A stretch of 63,200 bases of DNA, filler included, from Collodictyon triciliatum (lineage: Eukaryota): NCBI GenBank assembly GCA_043381765.1. It is 20 parts of 20 records of this genome, joined end to end, with 100 filler letters (N's around TTAATTAATTAA, not from the genome) between each part and the next. Parts side by side here need not be neighbours in the genome. Positions count along the whole stretch, not along the records: positions 1 to 3,168 come from JBHJMP010007692.1; positions 3,269 to 6,435 come from JBHJMP010007693.1; positions 6,536 to 9,702 come from JBHJMP010007694.1; positions 9,803 to 12,968 come from JBHJMP010007695.1; positions 13,069 to 16,233 come from JBHJMP010007696.1; 15 more parts are not named here. One strand, 5' to 3'. Each line of letters starts with the position of its first letter. The first letter of the stretch is position 1. A program made the translations under genes and the position numbers. Below, piece by piece: positions 1 to 13,136 of this stretch. The notes under the pieces are model-generated. The model did not search any database. It was not told the origin of the DNA and was given only the letters and a program-made list of their open reading frames with translations.

Positions 1-3000
1 AACAATAAAACTGGCTCATTCAATCAATCATCATGTATTGCATGCCCGAATGGAAGCTACAGCTCAGAAAGAAGTGCATCATGCAGTCTATGCTTATCAG
101 GGTTCTATCAAAAGGAAGGAATCAAAAGAGACTCACAATCATGCTATGCTTGTCCAAAAGGCACATTCAACTCAAAATCCGGCTCATACGGATATAAATC
201 ATGTACTGAATGTCCACAAGGTACTTGGAATGATAAGGATGGTCAAGCATCATGTACATCATGCCCAGCTGGTACATTCAACAATGAAACTGGCTCATAT
301 AATCAATCATCATGTATTCCATGTCCAAATGGAAGCTACAGCTCAGAAAGAAGTGCATCATGCAGCTTGTGCTCGCCAGGATTCTATCAAAAAGAAGGAA
401 TCAAAAGAGACTCACAATCATGGCATGGTTGTCCAAAAGGCACATTCAACTCAAACTCCGGCTCATATGGGAACTCATCATGTAATGAATGCCCACAAGG
501 TACTTGGAATGATAGAGATGGTCAAGCATCATGCACGTCATGTCCAGCTGGTACATTCAACAACAAAACTGGCTCATATGACCAATCATCGTGCATTTCA
601 TGTCCAAATGGAAGCTACAGCTCAGAAAGAAGCTCATCATGCAGTTTGTGCTCACCAGGATTCTATCAAAAAGAAGGCATCATAAAAGACTCAAAATCAT
701 GCTATGCTTGTCCAAAAGGCACATTCAACTCAAACTCCGGCTCATATGGAGACAAATCATGCATTGAATGTCCACAAGGTACTTGGAATGATAAAGATAG
801 TCAGGCATCATGTACATCATGTCCGGCTGGTACATTCAACGATAAAACTGGCTCATTTAACCAATCATCATGCATTACATGTCTGGATGGAAGATACAGC
901 ACGGTTGGAAGCTCATCATGCAGTTTATGCTCATCAGGATTATATCAAAAAGAAGGAATCACAAAAGACTCACAATCATGCTATGCTTGTCCAAAAGGCA
1001 CATTCAACTCAAAATCCGGCTCATATGGGAACTCATCATGTAATGAATGTCCACAAGGTACTTGGAATGATAGAGATGGTCAAGCATCATGCACATCTTG
1101 CCCAGCTGGTACATTCAACAAAAAAACTGGCTCATCCAATCAATCATCATGTGTTCCATGTCCAAATGGGAGCTACAGCTCAGAAAGAAGTTCATCATGC
1201 AGCTTATGTTTATCAGGATTCTATCAAAAAGATGGACTCGTAAAAGACTTAAGTTCGTGCTATGCTTGTCCAAAAGGCACATTCAACTCAAACTCCGGCT
1301 CATATGGGAACTCATCATGTATTGAATGTCCACAAGGTACCTGGAATGATAGAGATGGTCAAGCATCATGCACATCATGTCCAGCGGGTACATTCAACAA
1401 TAAAAATGGCTCATTCAATCAATCATTGTGCATTTCATGTCCAGACGGAAGCTATAGCTCAGAAAGAAGCGCATCATGCAGTTTGTGTTTATCAGGATTC
1501 TATCAAAAAGAAGGAATCGATAAGGACTCGAAATCATGCTATTCTTGCCCAAAAGGCTCATTCAACTCAAACTCTGGTTTATATGGAAACAAATCATGTA
1601 TTGAATGTCCACAAGGTACTTGGAACGATAGAGACGGTCAAGCATCATGCACATCATGTCCAGCTGGTACATTCAACGACAAAACTGCTTCATTTGACCA
1701 ATCAACATGTGTTTCATGTCCGAATGGAAGCTACAGCTCAGAAAGAAGCTCATCATGCAGCCTATGCTTATCAGGCTTCTATCAAAAAGAGAAAGTTATT
1801 AAAGATTCAAAATCATGCTATGCTTGTCCAAAAGGCACATTCAACTCGAACTCCGGCTCATATGGGAACTCATCATGTAATGAATGTCCACAAGGTACTT
1901 GGAATGATAGAGACGGTCAAGCATCATGCACATCATGTCCGACTGGTACATTCAACAACAAAATTGGCTCATTCAATCAATCATCATGTATTGCATGTCC
2001 AAACGGAAGCTACAGCTCAGAGAAAAGTGCATCATGCAGCTTATGTTCATCAGGATTCTATCAAAAAGAAGAAATCATAAAAGACTCACAATCATGCTAT
2101 GCTTGTCCAAAAGGCACATTCAACTCAAACTCCGGCTCATATGGAGACAAATCATGCATAGAATGTCCACAGGGTACTTGGAACGATAAGGATGGTCAAG
2201 CATCATGCACATCATGTCCAGCTGGTACATTCAACAACAAAATTGGCTCATTCAATCAATCATCATGTATTCCATGTCCAGACGGAAGCTACAGCTCAGT
2301 CGGAAGCGCATCATGCAGCTTGTGCTCGCCAGGATTCTATCAAAAAGAAGGCATCATAAAAGACTTAAGTTCGTGCTATGCTTGTCCAAAAGGCACATTC
2401 AACTCAAACTCCGGTGCATATGGAGACAAATCATGCATAGAATGTTCACAAGGCACTTGGAATGATAGAGACGGTCAAGCATCATGCACATCATGTCCAG
2501 CTGGTACATTCAACGACAAAACTGCTTCATTTGACCAATCATCATGCATTTCATGTCCAAATGGAAGCTACAGCTCAGCTGGTAGTTCATTATGCAGCTT
2601 GTGCTCATCAGGATTCTATCAAAAAGAAGAAATCACGAAAGACTTAAAATCATGCTGCGCTTGTCCAAAAGGCACATTCAACTCAAACTCCGGTGCATAT
2701 GGAGACAAATCATGCATAGAATGTTCACAAGGCACTTGGAATGATAGAGATGGTCAAGCATCATGCACATCATGTCCAGCTGGTACATTCAACAACAAAA
2801 CTGGTTCATTCAATCAATTACTATGCATTTCATGTCCAAATGGGAGCTACAGCTCAGAGAGAAGCGCATCATGCAGCTTGTGCTCGCCAGGATTCTATCA
2901 AAAAGAAGGCATCATAAAAGACTCGAAATCATGCTATGGTTGTCCAAAAGGTACATTCAACTCAAACTCCGGCTCATATGGGAACTCATCATGTAATGAA

Positions 3001-3168
3001 TGCCCACAAGGTACTTGGAATGGTAGAGATGGTCAGGCATCATGCACATCATGTCCAGCTGGTACATTAAACAATAAAACTGGCTCATTCAATCAATCAT
3101 CATGTATTGCATGCCCGAATGGAAGCTACAGCTCAGAAAGAAGTGCATCATGCAGTCTATGCTTATCA
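1..3168 (+). CDS. Cys-rich extracellular repeat protein fragment (GCC2/GCC3 / ephrin-receptor-like CxxC-P-x-G-T/S-Y/F repeats), open at both ends
   Basis: Frame 1 is open from 1 to 3168. A 279-bp / 93-aa unit (10 Cys, many NxS/T sequons) recurs at 52, 331 ... 3121, about 11.4 copies. Confidence 0.9.
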
Positions 3169-3268
3169 NNNNNNNNNNNNNNNNNNNNNNNNNNNNNNNN
3201 NNNNNNNNNNNNTTAATTAATTAANNNNNNNNNNNNNNNNNNNNNNNNNNNNNNNNNNNNNNNNNNNN
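3169..3268. other. Artificial contig spacer, first of 19 (others start at 6436, 9703, 12969, 16234, 19497, 22760, 26021, 29281, 32541, 35800, 39058, 42323, 45581, 48839, 52097, 55354, 58611, 61868)
   Basis: Identical 44N-TTAATTAATTAA-44N blocks with stops in all six frames. Contig lengths fall almost monotonically from 3168 to 3157 bp, i.e. a size-sorted concatenation. Confidence 0.99.
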
Positions 3269-3465
3269 TTATCAGTATTATTATCAGTATTATTATCAGT
3301 ATTATTATCAGTATTATTATCAGTATTATTATCAGTATTATTATCAGTATTATTATCAGTATTATTATCAGTATTATTATCAGTATTATTATCAGTATTA
3401 TTATCAGTATTATTATCAGTATTATTATCAGTATTATTATCAGTATTATCATCAGTATTATCATA
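3269..3465. repeat. 12-bp minisatellite (TATCAGTATTAT)n
   Basis: About 15 direct copies at the contig start. Confidence 0.95.
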
Positions 3466-3608
3466 TTCCTCGCTAACCCTACTATCATAACATATCAGAA
3501 AACATAAGTCACAATCATACTTGTGATTGTAATTGTAGATGTTATCACTCATATGGCCATAATATTTAAAATGACAATACTATATAAACCTAACTTTATT
3601 CATTACAG

Positions 3609-3675
3609 AAATGACTCCCTTACACTTGCATCAGGCAGCGTTGACCATACAGTGAAGATATGGAAATGCGGATAA
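3609..3675 (+). CDS. Terminal exon of a WD40-repeat protein
   Basis: After the acceptor TTACAG it reads NDSLTLASGSVDHTVKIWKCG*, a WD40 signature (LASGSxDxTVKIW). Confidence 0.75.
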
Positions 3676-4019
3676 AATTTCATTACCGCATTTATCAACC
3701 TGAATGTCAAAGAAAAAGAAAATTCGAACCCGCGAGAAACGCCACTAGAAAGAATGATTCTACGGATTCATCGGCCCTCTCATCCCACCTTTTTCTTTTC
3801 CTTATTCCTTTTTTCTACTTGTTTTAAACAGAGGCGAATTTTATCATTTTCGCTACATACAAAGATCAGTCAATCCAAAAAAAAAAAAAAAATAACCTTA
3901 TCAAGCACATCTCGCTCCCATTCCAACCGCACCATAATGATTCAGTCATATTCCTTATGTTACACACCTCTGAATTAATATATTGGCACCCAACACAACC
4001 TTTTTCCTTCATATCCTTT

Positions 4020-4327
4020 CACTTCGTTTGTCAATGGCAGGTCACCAGAAAGATGAGAAAAAAGTATTTTCTGACAGATACCACAAACACCCAGGCCTTA
4101 TAAACCATTTCCTCCTCGTGCTTACGTCAGAAGCAATACCGCATACCTCAGCTACTTCCGAAACACTGTGCCCTTCTGCTCAATATCTCCAACAGAGAGC
4201 TGTGGATAGGTGCGCGTGTAGTTTATGCAGCTACGACATTCTAGAATGCATCGTGTGCCATGGTGGAGACGACTCTATCAAACACACATTTGTTAAGTGC
4301 TCTCTCCAGGACTTGGTAGATAGCTGA
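4020..4327 (+). mobile_element. Degenerate L1-like LINE ORF2 C-terminal fragment (zf-RVT)
   Basis: LLNISNRELWIG followed by ECIVCHGGDDSIKHTFVKC (CxxC...HxFxxC). Homologous to copies at 22921, 41531 and 55454. Frameshifted. Confidence 0.75.
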
Positions 4328-4671
4328 AAGTTTTTTTTTTCGATGCAAAACGATTGTAACATGACTGGGCCCATGTTTATGAGTCTTGTAGCAGAACATA
4401 CAGGACACGATTCCTTCCATCGTGCATATCAATCATCCGCTGTACTAATAATAAGAAACGTAAACCCCTCAGTCTTGCACTCTCTGGTTTGGTGTGTTGA
4501 GAGATTGGTCAGCTGTTTCACTTTGTTTTGGTTTTTTTCTCATATGAGAATAACTCTCTAATAATCTTTCTTTGCGGCCTATTGATGACTGGAAAGAAAG
4601 AAAAAAAAGGAGGGAGAGAGAGAAAGAAAAGAAGCAAAATTTGACAGAAAAGGATTTCTATTTTTTTTATT

Positions 4672-4733
<62 letters not shown>

Positions 4734-4768
4734 TTGTTGTTGTCGGAAAAAACAACAGCGTGATATCA

Positions 4769-6273
4769 TTAGTGGACGGAGATGGCCATATCCGACCAAT
4801 TTGCCACATAAAAGCGTCCATCAAGTCCGAATGCAATGCCACCAGGGTTTGGGTGATGAAGGCTGTGAAGTATAGTCCCAGTTGAGCTGTAGAAGATGAT
4901 CTCTCTGCTCCCATAATACGAGACCACAAACCCATCGTTTGGGCCTCGAATGATTTTATTGGAGTTAAACCCATTCGCCGATGTTGCCTTCACATCAATC
5001 GAACGTTGATAGTTGCCATCTGTATCGAAGAGCATGATCCTACTCGAGTTCCACGATAACGAGCACACAAGGCCAGCGGAACTTACACAAATGCCATCCC
5101 CATGGCCAATCTTGTGGCTGGATTCTTGACCTCCAATCGCGCGTACAAAGTCTCCATCTTTTGTAAACTTCTGTATTCTGCAATTTGAATATTCTGATAC
5201 ATAAAAGAATCCATCTTCATCAAAGTCTACATTGTATGGAAGGCTAAACATGGTTGCATCCCTTCCTTGCGAACCAATAACACGAACAATGTTGAACAAG
5301 TCGTCGAAAACCTGGACTCGATGCTGCAACGAATCTACCACAACAATACGCGTCCCATCACACGAAATTGCAATGCCGTAAGGCTGCTGGAATTCACCGG
5401 GACCTGAGCCCACCTTTCCATATTCTGCTATAAACTCAAGGTCGGGACTCAGGATTTGCACCCGATTGTTGTAATGGTCGACAACGTAAATGTTTCCGGT
5501 GTTTGGATGCACTGCAATACCATCTGGATAATTGAACTCTAGAGGGCCTGTTCCTGCTGCTTGAATCACTTTCAGAGGTGCATCTATGGATACAGGGTCT
5601 CTTGCTGGTGTAAAATGCCCTCGGAAGACTACTCTATCGTTTGATAAAGTATCATTTGACATGTTTATCAGTGCTGGTAGTCGAAGGTGAATGCTGCTTG
5701 TGAAATTCTTGGGGTGAGAAACATTCGTATTCAAAATAGATGTTACTAAAAGACTTCTCCAAATGTTTCCAAACAATTGATGCTGATTCGAATGAGAAGA
5801 TTGAAGCCTTTTGATGAGGTTCTTTATGCTACCAACAAGAACTAAAACTTGAGCTTCATCAAGACTAATTGGCTTCATGGAGGCGCTTTTCTCCTTTTTC
5901 AGCTTTGTGTTGTATAGGATAAATAAGACGGAAATATGGGATGTGGATTGTCTGAATCCCAGCTAGTATATACATACTTTTTTTTTCTTTTTGTGTATAA
6001 TGGACACAAAATTCCATGCCATATTCATATAATTATTGCGATATTTCATGGATGGAGAGTAATAAATCGACTTTGTGTTAGAGGAAAACATTATTGAAAA
6101 ATGAGAGAAAGAAAGAAAGGCAAGGAAAAAAATAAATCAAAGAAATATCATGATTCAAAATGGGGTCCAGTAACCTGAGTCAAACAATTTTCCTCAAAAG
6201 AGTCCATATGATCCTTGCTTTTCTTTAATACCTCTTGAATGTCTTTGTCAGAGTCTTCTGACAGCGTTTCCAA
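4769..6273 (-). CDS. NHL-repeat beta-propeller protein with upstream coiled-coil-like exon (TRIM-NHL-like), 5'-partial
   Basis: Repeats such as FNYPDGIAVHPNTGNIYVVDHYNNRVQIL and GSGPGEFQQPYGIAIS..VVDSLQHRVQVFD. Exon 6273-6175 splices in phase 0 to exon 5902-4769. Confidence 0.88.
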
Positions 6274-6328
6274 CTTGAAGGATAAAGAAAAAGGAAAGAT
6301 TTGTTGGTATACGATCGAAATTCTTGAG

Positions 6329-6638
6329 CATACATACATACATACATACATACATACATACATACATACATACATACATACATACATACATACATACATA
6401 CATACATACATACATACATACATACATACATACATNNNNNNNNNNNNNNNNNNNNNNNNNNNNNNNNNNNNNNNNNNNNTTAATTAATTAANNNNNNNNN
6501 NNNNNNNNNNNNNNNNNNNNNNNNNNNNNNNNNNNGAAGAAGAAGAAGAAGAAGAAGAAGAAGAAGAAGAAGAAGAAGAAGAAGAAGAAGAAGAAGAAGA
6601 AGAAGAAGAAGAAGAAGAAGAAGAAGAAGAAGAAGAAG
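6329..6638. repeat. Contig-terminal microsatellites (example: (TACA)n and (GAA)n either side of a spacer)
   Basis: Most contigs end in ~75-120 bp simple repeats, e.g. TTTTTTC 9594-9702, TTA 9803-9897, TATG 16108-16215, AAAAT 19398-19496, CCAA 29205-29280, poly-T 29381-29475, TTTTC 32470-32540, TTTATG 62005-62115. These are assembly break points. Confidence 0.95.
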
Positions 6639-7163
6639 GAATCTTTAAGACCATTTTCCATGACGCTGAGTTGTGCTGATTCAGTCCTTAACCTTTTGGC
6701 TGTCACATCCTGTCTCAGATTTCCTTCGAGTTAGAGGGGAAGTAGCCCAACAATCGAGACTAGAATCTGGGATGGTCTCAATTTCTGGCTGTCATTTTAT
6801 TTTCTCTTGTATTCTTACACAGCACTGTAAAGTTAATCGTGTGTGAGTTGCTGTCTGGCGATTGCAAACATGGTTTTAAAAGAAATGACGAAGAAACCCC
6901 CCTTGTAAGTACTTATTACAAACCGAGATAACGCGTCACTGAATCTAGCCTTCGTGCTCGATAATGACTTCTGTTGCTGATTCATTTATTCATACCAAAT
7001 ATAAGCTCTAACCACAGAATCTCCCTCTGCTGTTTCGTGTATATTATTTCGACCCGCAAAACACCCAGATGGAAACAACAGCTAACCGCAGGCACCAAAC
7101 GACTTTCTGGAAGAAAGAATAATATAGGAAAATAATTTCTGAGCGATATTCTTTCCACCAAAG

Positions 7164-9149
7164 ATGAAGGTTGTACTCAATCGCGAAGAGAAAGAAGCAC
7201 CTGCACATACATCCAAGGAAGCATGGATCGAGTGCGATTTAGCTGGGGTTCAGGCAACCGAGCCCCATTCCGAGGGATCCAGACGTTATCCACACAACGC
7301 CAGAGACGGAAATCCTATTCATCTGAATAATGAAAGAAAGAAGCAACCCGCTGTCCAAAGTAATGACATGGCTAAGAGTAGCACCGTCAGGGAGCCCAGC
7401 AGTGTTTGCGACGAGAACCTCGCAGTTAACCCCAGGAATATACATTCTATCACACTTGTTAGTTTACAAGATACACGATTGATCGAGCGCCGTAAAAATC
7501 TACTGTCTATTTTAGTCACCAACCGGACTTTTAATCGATGGGTTATGGTAGTTTACAAGCATCCAATCACGTCCATAGTTATGTCTATCAGTTGGCTATT
7601 TCTCACAGTCCTTCTTATGTTCATCTGCTTTGGGTACCGACTGGGCTTCGGTGTCATGGTGATGCCCTTAATGGGATTTTACATGATTAGTTTGCTGCTG
7701 CACAATTCAATTTTCATTAGAATTGATATAGCAAAAGAGCTTTTAAAGTCATTTAGCTTTTGGTTTACAATGTGGAATGTGTTGTCTTTCCATGTGTGTT
7801 TTTTCCTCCTTTATGGATGGAATGTGGAGGTGTTGTGTGTGGTCATTCACTCATTTTCCAGCATTCTATTGATGATATTCTTGGATGCACATGCTGCAAA
7901 ACGAGGTAAGATGATGAAATTATCCTCGCTAATAGGGATTTTGTCATACATACCAATGCTGGTTGCCCTTTCGTTTAGTCTTGTCAGCTTTGACGTTGAA
8001 TCCATCTACGACTCCTCATCAGGAATCGAAGTTATGGATGTTCGTTTACAGGCCATCGACAATTTAACGAACATGATAATGTATCTGTTCCGCATATTCT
8101 ATACACATAATATATTAAGGAGGCCAAATGTTATTGCATTTGTTTCTCGTCATTATTGTATAAAAGGTCAAGGGGAAGAAATTAAGTATGTATCAGTAGC
8201 CTCAGATTTAGAAACCTCCGAAGGAAACGCCACTAAACGGCCCGGGCCATCTGATTTTTGTGCTGTCAAACACGAGGAAACTGGCTCAAGTCCTCTCGAG
8301 TTGCATCCTATTATTCCGGGGGAACAACTGCAGCCAAATTGTAATCAGACACCAATTTGTTCATCACTTGTGCTGGATTGCAAACCCAGGGCCACAGATC
8401 CTCAACAAGTAGAATCTGAGAGATTTCTAGTGGTAGGAATCTTGGAGACAACAAAAATTGAGTATGACACACAAGATACCTTATTTCATCGCTGCATCTT
8501 AAAAAAGCATCCGTTTATTTCCCAACTGCTAAGGTCAAAGTACTACAATATATGTGGCATACTATCAGCCTTGATGTCTATATTTTGCTCGCTTTTATTG
8601 TCTATAGGCTTTGATTTGGGTATATTTTTCCGCTTCTTAGGGTTGATAGTAACGGTATTTGGTATGTCTTTTCTTATAATTCAGATCATAACCACGTGCA
8701 ATATTATTGTTTATCGTCGCATGCTACGTTCATTTGATTACTGGTATATCATGCTCCTGGTGGCAAAAATCATTATGTCTTCTGGATTTTTGTGTGAATG
8801 GGATATCCGCATGGTGTATTGGCTTTACACGGTTCTCACTGTAAAATGGTTTACGATGGTTGATACGTTTCATATCAAAACAAGACCTTTGTCCTATGTA
8901 TCAATCATTGGTATCTTATGGTCTTTCACTGTTGCTATTTTATGTAAATGCAATATTGGGAAAACCTTTTCTCGTGATAGATATATTTATCTGAGGGGAT
9001 ACAAATTCATGTCATCGAGAATAACTTTTTCAACATCTACTTTTTCGATTGTTATCTTTTTCATACGGTTTTTGTGGAGCTACCACAAAAATCCCACCCG
9101 TATGCTATTTATCACTGAGAATATTGGAGTCGAGCAGCTACAGCACTAG
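7164..9149 (+). CDS. Intronless ~12-TM membrane protein (661 aa), internally duplicated, uncharacterised family
   Basis: Long ORF with two hydrophobic halves: RIDIAKELLKSFSFWFTMWN..FLDAH and NIIVYRRMLRSFDYWY..MVDTF. Paralog of 17312-19345. Confidence 0.9.
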   Translation: MKVVLNREEKEAPAHTSKEAWIECDLAGVQATEPHSEGSRRYPHNARDGNPIHLNNERKKQPAVQSNDMAKSSTVREPSSVCDENLAVNPRNIHSITLVSLQDTRLIERRKNLLSILVTNRTFNRWVMVVYKHPITSIVMSISWLFLTVLLMFICFGYRLGFGVMVMPLMGFYMISLLLHNSIFIRIDIAKELLKSFSFWFTMWNVLSFHVCFFLLYGWNVEVLCVVIHSFSSILLMIFLDAHAAKRGKMMKLSSLIGILSYIPMLVALSFSLVSFDVESIYDSSSGIEVMDVRLQAIDNLTNMIMYLFRIFYTHNILRRPNVIAFVSRHYCIKGQGEEIKYVSVASDLETSEGNATKRPGPSDFCAVKHEETGSSPLELHPIIPGEQLQPNCNQTPICSSLVLDCKPRATDPQQVESERFLVVGILETTKIEYDTQDTLFHRCILKKHPFISQLLRSKYYNICGILSALMSIFCSLLLSIGFDLGIFFRFLGLIVTVFGMSFLIIQIITTCNIIVYRRMLRSFDYWYIMLLVAKIIMSSGFLCEWDIRMVYWLYTVLTVKWFTMVDTFHIKTRPLSYVSIIGILWSFTVAILCKCNIGKTFSRDRYIYLRGYKFMSSRITFSTSTFSIVIFFIRFLWSYHKNPTRMLFITENIGVEQLQH

Positions 9150-9802
9150 GCAATGAATCATTCACTTGGTCCGCTATTTCTTTTGTTAATTTGATGTTGC
9201 CCTTTTGTTTTTTATCTTGGTTTTTGTTTGGTTTTTACCAGTTATTTTTATTTTTATGTTGCCTTTTTCTCCATAAAAAAATCAATTCGTTACTTTAATT
9301 TAAATAGTCAGATCGTGCAACATTTTGTGATTTCATATGGATTATTTTTATTTCCTTGTAACTTAACAACTGAATGAAAATAACCCAACCCATTCAGGCC
9401 AGTAACCATCACGCAATTCAGCTACTTGAATAGTTTGATAGGCAGACCTGTATTCTTTGATGTCATTACCTCTACCAAAAAGAAATGTGAGAAGGTATTT
9501 CAATAAACCTTAAATCAGGCGTTCAGTCCCTGCTACCCATTGATTGAATCAGCTTTCAGGAGCTGCTTGCCTGGCTAATTAACATTCGCGATCTTTTTTT
9601 TTCTTTTCTTTTTCTTTTTCTTTTTCTTTTTTCTTTTTTCTTTTTTCTTTTTTCTTTTTTCTTTTTTCTTTTTTCTTTTTTCTTTTTTCTTTTTTCTTTT
9701 TTNNNNNNNNNNNNNNNNNNNNNNNNNNNNNNNNNNNNNNNNNNNNTTAATTAATTAANNNNNNNNNNNNNNNNNNNNNNNNNNNNNNNNNNNNNNNNNN
9801 NN

Positions 9803-9898
<96 letters not shown>

Positions 9899-9928
9899 CT
9901 TAAATGATATCAAAATGAATATTATTAG

Positions 9929-11763
<1,835 letters not shown>

Positions 11764-12624
11764 TTTTGAAGTAGTAAAAGATACGTATGAAATTACGGAT
11801 AAATCTATTGCATGTATCTAATGGAACAATCCAATCAAATTAACTATAATATCAGGTAAAATGCACACCCTTGGAATGATTTACATTCGCCTTCACTCTT
11901 TGGCTAAAAAGCTTAAAAAGTATTTACCTTGTTTCAAGTCGCTACTTTAATACACACAAAATATTGGCACGAGCTTGAATATATAAAATGTATAATGTCA
12001 TTTTAGTAGTAAAAATTTTTTTCCAGGCCACTCGAAGAGATTGTAGGGCACGAGGAGAAAAGCATTCAGTTAGGGAATCGAGTGCTCCATTTGCGAATGA
12101 AGGAACATGGAATGCTATCGCCTGAGCCAAACACTGACAGTAGTTGAAATTAAATGTCAGAGACGAAAATGAGAAAGAAAGAGAAAAACGGTCGATTTCA
12201 TCAGAAACAAAATCTTTGTGAGAAGAAAACTCTTGCGCTATTCATGTAAACCTAATCTTTTTCATTATTAGTGGTACTATAGAGTTGTGTCAATGCCTTT
12301 TCCTTCCTCCTTGTTTACTAGAGCTATAGGCCACTTTATTATTTCTATTTTTACCCTTTTGTGTTTAACTGCAGAGTTCAATTAGATTACAGGTACAGGA
12401 ATAACATTGCTGCGGTCAAGAGCTTCCCAAAAAAAAAAAAAAATACGTGAGAGAACGAGAGTGATGGCTGGCAGCCCCGAGATTGGGGTTTTATTTATGT
12501 ATTTTTTTTTTTGAACGATGGAAATAGAAGGCGGTAGAAAGAAAGATGGTAATAATAACAATAATGGCGTTCATAATCACAATAGCGAGATAGAAATGAG
12601 GGCATGTGTTTGTTCCCACAGACA

Positions 12625-12968
12625 ATCTATTTTACTCGAGGTGATTCAACTCCAACGCGATTTCTGATTGTATTCGATACTGACAGAAGAGCGGATAAAG
12701 TTGTCGGGTCGATGAAAGTACGCTCATGGCAGTTACTTCTCAAATCGATTCTGACGAGTCCATTCAATCGTCTGTCTCAAACAGGGTTTACATCCTATTT
12801 CATTCCACAGGATGAGTCTTTTGAGGGGACAGCGGGTCACTTTCCTTGCGGTTTCTTGCTGGGAGATTCAGACAAAAAGCGATACATCGTTGTTTGTCTG
12901 GTATTATCGGAAGTGGCGCTTGACCGTCCCCTGGTTTCGGAACCATGCGTATTTGGCAGTGGACTTTG
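12625..12968. repeat. Unclassified dispersed repeat, copy 1 (runs off contig end)
   Basis: 12627-12747 is nearly identical to 61747-61867 on an unrelated contig. Confidence 0.8.
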
Positions 12969-13136
12969 NNNNNNNNNNNNNNNNNNNNNNNNNNNNNNNN
13001 NNNNNNNNNNNNTTAATTAATTAANNNNNNNNNNNNNNNNNNNNNNNNNNNNNNNNNNNNNNNNNNNNCCCCCCCCGCTTGATTCAATTCAAAGAGGAAA
13101 CCTGATTACAGTAAATCCTTTTAACCAATAGCATCC

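Noticed and set aside
38-2996. His-rich and Met/Ile-rich ORFs in frames 2 and 3 of contig 1
   Set aside because: Shadow frames of the Cys-rich repeat CDS, repeatedly interrupted by stops.
3213-3224. Regularly spaced TTAATTAATTAA palindrome every ~3.26 kb
   Set aside because: Artificial six-frame-stop linker inside N spacers.
4518-4974. Poly-K/poly-F and other microsatellite-derived ORFs throughout the ORF track
   Set aside because: Translations of simple repeats.
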